Assembly (NCBI GenBank): GCA_964016885.1
Contig: OZ024744.1
Location: 120,404,001-120,468,000 of the forward strand
Direction of reading: 5' to 3'
Origin: Eledone cirrhosa
Taxonomy: Eukaryota
Length of the DNA: 64,000 bases
A program made the position numbers and the translations under genes. Shown here one piece after another: positions 43,900 through 56,699 of the stretch (positions are counted from its first letter, which is position 1; each line of letters begins with the position of its first letter). The notes beneath the pieces were generated by a model. It searched no databases and was not told where the DNA came from. It worked only from the letters and a program-made list of their open reading frames with translations.

Positions 43900-46800
43900 G
43901 TGATATCTCAATTCACAGATTCTTTCCTGAGATATTCTAACCACATGTCATAGTTTCTGAGCTGTCATCTCTCAATTCAGAGATTCTTTCCTGAGACATT
44001 CTAACTCCATGTCCGCAGTATCAGAGCTGTGATCTCTCAATTCAGAGATTCTTTCCTGGGACATTCTAACCACATGTCATAGTATTAGAGCTGTGATCTC
44101 TCAATTTAGAGATTCTTTCCTGAGACATTCTAACCACATGTCATAGTATCAGATCTGTGATCTCTCAATTCAGAGATTCTTTCCTGAGACATTCTAACCA
44201 CATGTCATTGTATCAGAGCTGTGATCTCTCAATTCAGATATTCTTTCCTGAGACATTCTAACCACATGTCATAGGATCAGAGTTGTGATCTCTCAATTCA
44301 GAGATTCTTTCCTGAGATATTCTAACCACATGTCACAGTATCAGAGATGTGATCTCTCAATTCAGAGATTCTTTCCTCAGACATTCTAACCACATCTCAT
44401 AGTATCAGAGCTGTGATCTCTCAATTCAGAGATTCTTTCCTGAGACAGTCTAACCACATGTCATAGTATCAGAGCTGTGATCTCTCAATTCAGATATTAT
44501 TTCCTGAGACATTCTAACCACATGTCATAGTATCAGAGCTGTGATATCTCAATTCAGAGATTCTTTCCTGAGACATTCTAACCACATGTCTGTAGTATCA
44601 GAGCAGTATGCTCTCAATTCAGAGATTCTTTCCTGCGACATTCTAACCACATGTCATAGTATCGGAGCTGTTATCTCTCAATTCAGAGATTCTTTCCTGA
44701 GACATTCTAACCACATGTCATAGTATCAGTGCTGTGATATCTCAATTCAGAGATTCTTTCCTGAGATATTCTAACCACATGTCATAGTATCAGATCTGTG
44801 ATCTCTCAATTCAGAGATTCTTTCTTGAGACATTCTAACTCCATGTCCACAGTATCAGAGCTGTGATCTCTCAATTCAGAGATTCTTTCCTCAGACATTC
44901 TAACCACATCTCATAATATCAGAGCTGTGATCTCTCAATTCAGAGATTCTTTCCTGAGACATTCTAACCACATGTCATAGTATCAGAGCTGTGATCTCTC
45001 AATTCAGATATTCTTTCCTGAGACATTATAACCACATGTCATAGGATCAGAGTTGTGATCTCTCAATTCAGAGATTCTTTCCTGAGATATTCTAACCACA
45101 TGTCATAGTATCAGAGCTGTGATCTCTCATTTCAGAGATTCTTTCCTGAGACATTCTAACCACATGTCATAGTATTAGAGCTGGGATCTCTCAATTCAGA
45201 CATTCTTTCCTGAGACATTCTAACCACATGTCGTAGTATCAGAGCTGTGATCTCTCAATTCAGAGATTCTTTCCTGAGACATTATAACCACAAGTCATAG
45301 TATCAGAGCTGTGATATCTCAATTGAGAGATTCTTTCCTGAGATATTTTAACCACATATCATATTATCAGAGCTGTCATCTCTCAATTCAGAGATTCTTT
45401 CCTGAGATGTTCTAACCACATGTCATAATATCAGAGCTCTAATCTCTCAATTCAGAGATTCTTTCCTGAAACATTCTAACCACATGTCTGTAGTATCAGA
45501 TCTGTGATCTCTCAATTCAGAGATTCTTTCCTGATACATTCTAACCACATGTCATAGTATCAGAGCTGTGATCTCTCAATTCAGAGTTTCTTTCCTGAGA
45601 CATTCTAACCACATGTCATAGTATCAGTGCTGTGATCTCTCAATTCAGAGATTCTTTCCTGAGATATTCTAACCACATGTCATAGTATCAGAACTGTGAT
45701 CTCTCAATTCAGAGATTCTTTCCTCAGACATTCTAACCACATCTCATATTATCAGATATGTGAGCTCTCAATTCAGAGATTCTTTCCTGAGACATTCTAA
45801 CCACATGTCATAGTATCAGATCTGTGATATCTCAATTCAGAGATTCTTTCTTGAGACATTCCAACTCCATGTCCACATTATCAGAGCTGTGAACTCTCAA
45901 TTCAGAGATTCTTTCCTGAGACATTCTAACCACATGTCATAGTGTTAGAGCTGTGATCTCTCAATTCCGAGATTCTTTCCTGAGACATTCTTACGACATG
46001 TCATATTATCAGAGCTGTGATCTCTTAAATTTAGAGATTCTTTCCTGAGACATTCTAACCACATGTCATATTATCAGAGCTATGATATCTCAATTCAGAG
46101 ATTCTTTCCTGAGACATTCTAACCACATGTCATAGTATCAGAGCTGTCATCTCTCAATTCAGAGATTCTTTCCTGAGACATTCTAACCACATGTCATAGT
46201 ATCAGAACTGTGATCTCTTAATTTAGAGATTCTTTCATGAGATATTCTAACTACATGTCATAGTATCAGTGCTGTGATCTCCCAATTCAGAGATTCTTTC
46301 ATGAGACATGCTAACCACATGTCATATTATCAGAGCTATGATATCTTAATTCAGAGATTCTTTCCTGAGACATTCTAACCACATGTCATAGTATCAGAGC
46401 TGTCATCTCTCAATTCAGAGATTCTTTCCTGAGACATTCTAACCACATGTCATAGTATCAGAGCTGTGATATCTCAATTCAGAGATTCTTTCCTGAGATA
46501 TTCTAACCACATGTCATAGTTTCTGAGCTGTCATCTCTCAATTCAGAGATTCTTTCCTGAGACATTCTAACGCCATGTCCGCAGTATCAGAGCTGTGATC
46601 TCTCAATTCAGAGATTCTTTCCTGGGACATTCTTACCACATGTCATAGTGTTAGAGCTGTGATCTCTCAATTCCGAGATTCTTTCCTGAGACATTCTTAC
46701 GACATGTCATATTATCAGAGCTGTGATCTCTTAAATTTAGAGATTCTTTCCTGAGACATTCTAACCACATGTCATATTATCAGAGCTATGATATCTCAAT

Positions 46801-49800
46801 TCAGAGATTCTTTCCTGAGACATTCTAACCACATGTCATAGTATCAGAGCTGTCATCTCTCAATTCAGAGATTCTTTCCTGAGACATTCTAACCACATGT
46901 CATAGTATCAGAGCTGTCATCTCTCAATTCAGAGATTCTTTCCTGAGACATTCTAACCACATGTCATAGTATCAGAGCTGTGATATCTCAATTCAGAGAT
47001 TCTTTCCTGAGATATTCTAACCACATGTCATAGTTTCTGAGCTGTCATCTCTCAATTCAGAGATTCTTTCCTGAGACATTCTAACGCCATGTCCGCAGTA
47101 TCAGAGCTGTGATCTCTCAATTCAGAGATTCTTTCCTGGGACATTCTTACCACATGTCATAGTATCAGTGCTGTGATCTCTCAATTCAGATATTCTTTCC
47201 TGAGATATTCTAACCACATGTCATAGTATTAGAGCTGTGATCTCTCAATTTAGAGATTCTTTCCTGAGACATTCTAACCACATGTCATAGTATCAGATCT
47301 GTGATCTCTCAATTCAGAGATTCTTTCCTGAGACATTCTAACCACATGTCATTGTATCAGAGCTGTGATCTCTCAATTCAGATATTCTTTCCTGAGACAT
47401 TCTAACCACATGTCATAGGATCAGAGTTGTGATCTCTCAATTCAGAGATTCTTTCCTGAGATATTCTAACCACATGTCACAGTATCAGAGATGTGATCTC
47501 TCAATTCAGAGATTCTTTCCTCAGACATTCTAACCACATCTCATAGTATCAGAGCTGTGATCTCTCAATTCAGAGATTCTTTCCTGAGACATTCTAACCA
47601 CATGTCATAGTATCAGAGCTGTGATCTCTCAATTCAGATATTATTTCCTGAGACATTCTAACCACATGTCATAGTATCAGAGCTGTGATATCTCAATTCA
47701 GAGATTCTTTCCTGAGACATTCTAACCACATGTCTGTAGTATCAGAGCAGTATGCTCTCAATTCAGAGATTCTTTCCTGCGACATTCTAACCACATGTCA
47801 TAGTATCGGAGCTGTTATCTCTCAATTCAGAGATTCTTTCCTGAGACATTCTAACCACATGTCATAGTATCAGTGCTGTGATATCTCAATTCAGAGATTC
47901 TTTCCTGAGATATTCTAACCACATGTCATAGTATCAGATCTGTGATCTCTCAATTCAGAGATTCTTTCTTGAGACATTCTAACTCCATGTCCACAGTATC
48001 AGAGCTGTGAACTCTCAATTCAGAGATTCTTTCCTGAGACATTCTAACCACATGTCACAGTATCAGAGCTGTGATCTCTCAATTCAGAGATTCTTTCCTG
48101 AGACATTCTAACCACATGTCATAGTATCAGAGCTGTGATATCTCAATTCAGAGATTCTTTCCTGAGATATTCTAACCACATGTCATAGTTTCAGAGCTGT
48201 CATCTCTCAATTCAGAGATTCTTTCCTGAGACATTCTAACCACATGTCACAGTATCAGAGTTGTGATCTCTCAATTCAGAGATTCTTTCCTGAGACATTC
48301 TAACCACATGTCATAGTATCAGAGCTGTGATATCTCAATTCAGAGATTCTTTCCTGAGATATTCTAACCACATGTCATAGTTTCTGAGCTGTCATCTCTC
48401 AATTCAGAGATTCTTTCCTGAGACATTCTAACTCCATGTCCGCAGTATCAGAGCTGTGATCTCTCAATTCAGAGATTCTTTCCTGGGACATTCTAACCAC
48501 ATGTCATAGTATCAGTGCTGTGATCTCTCAATTCAGAGATTCTTTCCTGAGACATTCTAACCACATGTCATAGTATCAGAGCTGTCATCTCTCAATTCAG
48601 AGATTCTTTCCTGAGACATTCTAACCACATGTCATAGTATCAGAGCTGTGATATCTCAATTCAGAGATTCTTTCCTGAGATATTCTAACCACATGTCATA
48701 GTTTCAGAGCTGTCATCTCTCAATTCAGAGATTCTTTCCTGAGACATTCTAACCACATGTCACAGTATCAGAGCTGTGATCTCTCAATTCAGAGATTCTT
48801 TCCTGAGACATTCTAACCACATGTCATAGTATCAGAGCTGTGATATCTCAATTCAGAGATTCTTTCCTGAGATATTCTAACCACATGTCATAGTTTCTGA
48901 GCTGTCATCTCTCAATTCAGAGATTCTTTCCTGAGACATTCTAACTCCATGTCCGCAGTATCAGAGCTGTGATCTCTCAATTCAGAGATTCTTTCCTGGG
49001 ACATTCTAACCACATGTCATAGTATCAGTGCTGTGATCTCTCAATTCAGATATTCTTTCCTGAGATATTCTAACCACATGTCATAGTATTAGAGCTGTGA
49101 TCTCTCAATTTAGAGATTCTTTCCTGAGACATTCTAACCACATGTCATAGTATCAGATCTGTGATCTCTCAATTCAGAGATTCTTTCCTGAGACATTCTA
49201 ACCACATGTCATTGTATCAGAGCTGTGATCTCTCAATTCAGATATTCTTTCCTGAGACATTCTAACCACATGTCATAGGATCAGAGTTGTGATCTCTCAA
49301 TTCAGAGATTCTTTCCTGAGATATTCTAACCACATGTCACAGTATCAGAGATGTGATCTCTCAATTCAGAGATTCTTTCCTCAGACATTCTAACCACATC
49401 TCATAGTATCAGAGCTGTGATCTCTCAATTCAGAGATTCTTTCCTGAGACATTCTAACCACATGTCATAGTATCAGAGCTGTGATCTCTCAATTCAGATA
49501 TTATTTCCTGAGACATTCTAACCACATGTCATAGTATCAGAGCTGTGATATCTCAATTCAGAGATTCTTTCCTGAGACATTCTAACCACATGTCTGTAGT
49601 ATCAGAGCAGTATGCTCTCAATTCAGAGATTCTTTCCTGAGACATTCTAACCACATGTCATAGTATCAGATCTGTGATATCTCAATTCAGAGATTCTTTC
49701 TTGAGACATTCCAACTCCATGTCCACATTATCAGAGCTGTGAACTCTCAATTCAGAGATTCTTTCCTGAGACATTCTAACCACATGTCATAGTGTTAGAG

Positions 49801-51600
49801 CTGTGATCTCTCAATTCCGAGATTCTTTCCTGAGACATTCTTACGACATGTCATATTATCAGAGCTGTGATCTCTTAAATTTAGAGATTCTTTCCTGAGA
49901 CATTCTAACCACATGTCATATTATCAGAGCTATGATATCTCAATTCAGAGATTCTTTCCTGAGACATTCTAACCACATGTCATAGTATCAGAGCTGTCAT
50001 CTCTCAATTCAGAGATTCTTTCCTGAGACATTCTAACCACATGTCATAGTATCAGAACTGTGATCTCTTAATTTAGAGATTCTTTCATGAGATATTCTAA
50101 CTACATGTCATAGTATCAGTGCTGTGATCTCCCAATTCAGAGATTCTTTCATGAGACATGCTAACCACATGTCATATTATCAGAGCTATGATATCTTAAT
50201 TCAGAGATTCTTTCCTGAGACATTCTAACCACATGTCATAGTATCAGAGCTGTCATCTCTCAATTCAGAGATTCTTTCCTGAGACATTCTAACCACATGT
50301 CATAGTATCAGAGCTGTGATATCTCAATTCAGAGATTCTTTCCTGAGATATTCTAACCACATGTCATAGTTTCAGAGCTGTCATCTCTCAATTCAGAGAT
50401 TCTTTCCTGAGACATTCTAACCACATGTCACAGTATCAGAGCTGTGATCTCTCAATTCAGAGATTCTTTCCTGAGACATTCTAACCACATGTCATAGTAT
50501 CAGAGCTGTGATATCTCAATTCAGAGATTCTTTCCTGAGATATTCTAACCACATGTCATAGTTTCTGAGCTGTCATCTCTCAATTCAGAGATTCTTTCCT
50601 GAGACATTCTAACGCCATGTCCGCAGTATCAGAGCTGTGATCTCTCAATTCAGAGATTCTTTCCTGGGACATTCTTACCACATGTCATAGTATCAGTGCT
50701 GTGATCTCTCAATTCAGATATTCTTTCCTGAGATATTCTAACCACATGTCATAGTATTAGAGCTGTGATCTCTCAATTTAGAGATTCTTTCCTGAGACAT
50801 TCTAACCACATGTCATAGTATCAGATCTGTGATCTCTCAATTCAGAGATTCTTTCCTGAGACATTCTAACCACATGTCATTGTATCAGAGCTGTGATCTC
50901 TCAATTCAGATATTCTTTCCTGAGACATTCTAACCACATGTCATAGGATCAGAGTTGTGATCTCTCAATTCAGAGATTCTTTCCTGAGATATTCTAACCA
51001 CATGTCACAGTATCAGAGATGTGATCTCTCAATTCAGAGATTCTTTCCTCAGACATTCTAACCACATCTCATAGTATCAGAGCTGTGATCTCTCAATTCA
51101 GAGATTCTTTCCTGAGACATTCTAACCACATGTCATAGTATCAGAGCTGTGATCTCTCAATTCAGATATTATTTCCTGAGATATTCTAACCACATGTCAT
51201 AGTATCAGAGCTGTGATATCTCAATTCAGAGATTCTTTCCTGAGACATTCTAACCACATGTCTGTAGTATCAGAGCAGTATGCTCTCAATTCAGAGATTC
51301 TTTCCTGCGACATTCTAACCACATGTCATAGTATCGGAGCTGTTATCTCTCAATTCAGAGATTCTTTCCTGAGACATTCTAACCACATGTCATAGTATCA
51401 GTGCTGTGATATCTCAATTCAGAGATTCTTTCCTGAGATATTCTAACCACATGTCATAGTATCAGATCTGTGATCTCTCAATTCAGAGATTCTTTCTTGA
51501 GACATTCTAACTCCATGTCCACAGTATCAGAGCTGTGAACTCTCAATTCAGAGATTCTTTCCTGAGACATTCTAACCACATGTCACAGTATCAGCGCTGT
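43900..51600. repeat. Recurrent multi-monomer cassette with variable period (3144, 1860, 1668 bp)
   Basis: attgtatc marker at 44207, 47351, 49211 and 50879, each followed in order by ataggatc, gatgtgatc, cctcagac, gatattattt and gcagtatg variants. The ORF spacing 44541 to 47685 is also 3144. Confidence 0.82.
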
Positions 51601-54600
51601 GATCTCTCAATTCAGAGATTCTTTCCTGAGACATTCTAACCACATCTCATAGTATCAGAGCTGTGATCTCTCAATTCAGAGATTCTTTCCTGAGACATTC
51701 TAACCACATGTCATAGTATCAGAGCTGTCATCTCTCAATTCAGAGATTCTTTCCTGAGACATTCTAACCACATGTCATAGTATCAGAGCTGTGATATCTC
51801 AATTCAGAGATTCTTTCCTGAGATATTCTAACCACATGTCATAGTTTCAGAGCTGTCATCTCTCAATTCAGAGATTCTTTCCTGAGACATTCTAACCACA
51901 TGTCACAGTATCAGAGCTGTGATCTCTCAATTCAGAGATTCTTTCCTGAGACATTCTAACCACATGTCATAGTATCAGAGCTGTGATATCTCAATTCAGA
52001 GATTCTTTCCTGAGACATTCTAACCACATGTCATAGTATCAGAGCTGTGATCTCTCAATTCAGATATTATTTCCTGAGACATTCTAACCACATGTCATAG
52101 TATCAGAGCTGTGATATCTCAATTCAGAGATTCTTTCCTGAGACATTCTAACCACATGTCTGTAGTATCAGAGCAGTATGCTCTCAATTCAGAGATTCTT
52201 TCCTGCGACATTCTAACCACATGTCATAGTATCGGAGCTGTTATCTCTCAATTCAGAGATTCTTTCCTGAGACATTCTAACCACATGTCATAGTATCAGT
52301 GCTGTGATATCTCAATTCAGAGATTCTTTCCTGAGATATTCTAACCACATGTCATAGTATCAGATCTGTGATCTCTCAATTCAGAGATTCTTTCTTGAGA
52401 CATTCTAACTCCATGTCCACAGTATCAGAGCTGTGAACTCTCAATTCAGAGATTCTTTCCTGAGACATTCTAACCACATGTCACAGTATCAGAGCTGTGA
52501 TCTCTCAATTCAGAGATTCTTTCCTGAGACATTCTAACCACATCTCATAGTATCAGAGCTGTGATCTCTCAATTCAGAGATTCTTTCCTGAGACATTCTA
52601 ACCACATGTCATAGTATCAGAGCTGTGATCTCTCAATTCAGATATTCTTTCCTGAGACATTCTAACCACATGTCATAGGATCAGAGTTGTGATCTCTCAA
52701 TTCAGAGATTCTTTCCTGAGATATTCTAACCACATGTCATAATATCAGAGCTGTGATCTCTCAATTCAGAGATTCTTTCCTGAGACATTCTAACCACATG
52801 TCACAGTATCAGAGCTGTGATATCTCAATTGAGAGATTCTTTCCTGAGATATGTTAACCACATATCATATTATCAGAGCCGTCATCTCTCAATTCAGAGA
52901 TTCTTTCCTGAGACGTTCTAACCACATGTCATAATATCAGAGCTATGATCTCTCAATTCAGAGATTCTTTCCTGAAACATTCTAACCACATATGTGTAGT
53001 ATCAGATCTGTGATCTCTCAATTCAGAGATTCTTTCCTGATACATTATAACCACATGTCATAGGATCAGAGTTGTGATCTCTCAATTCAGAGATTCTTTC
53101 CTGAGATATTCTAACCACATGTCATAGTATCAGAGCTGTGATCTCTCAATTCAGAGATTCTTTCCTGAGACATTCTAACCACATGTCATAGTATTAGAGC
53201 TGGGATCTCTCAATTCAGACATTCTTTCCTGAGACATTCTAACCACATGTCGTAGTATCAGAGCTGTGATCTCTCAATTCAGAGATTCTTTCCTGAGACA
53301 TTATAACCACAAGTCATAGTATCAGAGCTGTGATATCTCAATTGAGAGATTCTTTCCTGAGATATGTTAACCACATATCATATTATCAGAGCTGTCATCT
53401 CTCAATTCAGAGATTCTTTCCTGAGACGTTCTAACCACATGTCATAATATCAGAGCTATGATCTCTCAATTCAGAGATTCTTTCCTGAAACATTCTAACC
53501 ACATGTCTGTAGTATCAGATCTGTGATATCTCAATTCAGAGATTCTTTCTTGAGACATTCCAACTCCATGTCCACATTATCAGAGCTGTGATCTCTCAAT
53601 TCAGAGATTCTTTCCTGAGACATTCTAACCACATGTCATAGTATCAGTGCTGTGATCTCTCAATTCAGAGATTCTTTCCTGAGATATTCTAACCACATGT
53701 CATAGTATCAGAACTGTGATCTCTCAATTCAGAGATTCTTTCCTCAGCCATTCTAACCACATCTCATAGTATCAGAGCTGTGATCTCTCAATTCAGAGAT
53801 TCTTTCCTGAGACATTCTAACCACATGTCATAGTATCAGAGCTGTGATCTCACAATTCAGATATTCTTTCCTGAGACATTCTAACCACATGTCATAGGAT
53901 CAGATTTGTGATCTCTCAATTCAGAGATTCTTTCCTGAGATATTCTAACCACATGTCATAGTATCAGAGTTGTGATCTCTCAATTCAGAGATTCTTTCCT
54001 GAGACATTCTAACCACATGTCACAGTATCAGAGCTGTGATCTCTCAATTCAGAGATTCTTTCCTCAGACATTCTAACCACATCTCATAGTATCAGAGCTG
54101 TGATCTCTCAATTCAGAGATTCTTTCCTGAGACATTCTAACCACATGTCATAGTATCAGAGCTGTGATCTCTCAATTAAGATATTCTTTCCTGAGACATT
54201 ATAACCACATGTCATAGGATCAGAGTTGTGATCTCTCAATTCAGAGATTCTTTCCTGAGATATTCTAACCACATGTCATAGTATCAGAGCTGTGATCTCT
54301 CAATTCAGAGATTCTTTCCTGAGACATTCTAACCACATGTCATAGTATTAGAGCTGGGATCTCTCAATTCAGACATTCTTTCCTGAGACATTCTAACCAC
54401 ATGTCGTAGTATCAGAGCTGTGATCTCTCAATTCAGAGATTCTTTCCTGAGACATTATAACCACAAGTCATAGTATCAGAGCTGTGATATCTCAATTGAG
54501 AGATTCTTTCCTGAGATATGTTAACCACATATCATATTATCAGAGCTGTCATCTCTCAATTCAGAGATTCTTTCCTGAGACGTTCTAACCACATGTCATA

Positions 54601-56699
54601 ATATCAGAGCTATAATCTCTCAATTCAGAGATTCTTTCCTGGAACATTCTAACCACATGTCTGTAGTATCAGATCTGTGATCTCTCAATTCAGAGATTCT
54701 TTCCTGATACATTCTAACCACATGTCATAGTATCAGAGCTGTGATCTCTCAATTCAGAGTTTCTTTCCTGAGACATTCTAACCACATGTCATAGTATCAG
54801 TGCTGTGATCTCTCAATTCAGAGATTCTTTCCTGAGATATTCTAACCACATGTCATAGTATCAGAGCTGTGATCTCTCAATTCAGAGATTCTTTCCTCAG
54901 ACATTCTAACCACATCTCATATTATCAGATATGTGAGCTCTCAATTCAGAGATTCTTTCCTGAGACATTCTAACCACATGTCATAGTATCAGATCTGTGA
55001 TATCTCAATTCAGAGATTCTTTCTTGAGACATTCCAACTCCATGTCCACATTATCAGAGCTGTGAACTCTCAATTCAGAGATTCTTTCCTGAGACATTCT
55101 AACCACATGTCATAGTATTAGAGCTGTGATCTCTCAATTCAGAGATTCTTTCCTGAGACATTCTTACGACATGTCATATTATCAGAGCTGTGATCTCTTA
55201 AATTTAGAGATTCTTTCCTGAGGCATTCTAACCACATGTCATATTATCAGAGCTATGATATCTCAATTCAGAGATTCTTTCCTGAGACATTCTAACCACA
55301 TGTCATAGTATCAGAGCTGTCATCTCTCAATTCAGAGATTCTTTCCTGAGACATTCTAACCACATGTCATAGTATCAGAACTGTGATCTCTTAATTTAGA
55401 GATTCTTTCATGAGATATTCTAACTACATGTCATAGTATCAGTGCTGTGATCTCCCAATTCAGAGATTCTTTCATGAGACATGCTAACCACATGTCATAG
55501 TATCAGAGCTGTGATATCTCAATTCAGAGATTCTTTCCTGAGACATTCTAACCACATGTCATAGTATCAGAGCTGTCATCTCTCAATTCAGAGATTCTTT
55601 CCTGAGACATTCTAACCATATGTCATAGTATCAGAGCTGTGATATCTCAATTCAGAGATTCTTTCCTGAGATATTCTAACCACATGTCATAGTTTCAGAG
55701 CTGTCATCTCTCAATTCAGAGATTCTTTCCTGAGACATTCTAACCACATGTCACAGTATCAGAGCTGTGATCTCTCAATTCAGAGATTCTTTCCTGAGAC
55801 ATTCTAAACACATGTCATAGTTTCAGAGCTGTCATCTCTCAATTCAGAGATTCTTTCCTCAGACATTCTAACCACATCTCATAGTATCAGAGCTGTGATC
55901 TCTCAATTCAGAGATTCTTTCCTGAGACATTCTAACCACATGTCATAGTATCAGAGCTGTGATCTCTCAATTCAGATATTCTTTCCTGAGACATTCTAAC
56001 CACATGTCATAGGATCAGAGTTGTGATCTCTCAATTCAGAGATTCTTTCCTGAGATATTCTAACCACATGTCATAATATCAGAGCTGTGATCTCTCAATT
56101 CAGAGATTCTTTCCTGAGACATTCTAACCACATGTCACAGTATCAGAGCTGTGATATCTCAATTGAGAGATTCTTTCCTGAGATATGTTAACCACATATC
56201 ATATTATCAGAGCCGTCATCTCTCAATTCAGAGATTCTTTCCTGAGACGTTCTAACCACATGTCATAATATCAGAGCTATGATCTCTCAATTCAGAGATT
56301 CTTTCCTGAAACATTCTAACCACATATCTGTAGTATCAGATCTGTGATCTCTCAATTCAGAGATTCTTTCCTGATACATTCTAACTACATGTCATAGTAT
56401 CAGAGCTGTGATCTCTCAATTCAGAGATTCTTTCCTCAGCCATTCTAACCACATCTCATAGTATCAGAGCTGTGATCTCTCAATTCAGAGATTCTTTCCT
56501 GAGACATTCTAACCACATGTCATAGTATCAGAGCTGTGATCTCTCAATTCAGATATTCTTTCCTGAGACATTCTAACCACATGTCATAGGATCAGATTTG
56601 TGATCTCCCAATTTAGAGATTCTTTCCTGAGATATTCTAACCACATGTCATAGTATCAGAGCTGTGATCTCTCAATTCAGAGATTCTTTCCTGAGACAT

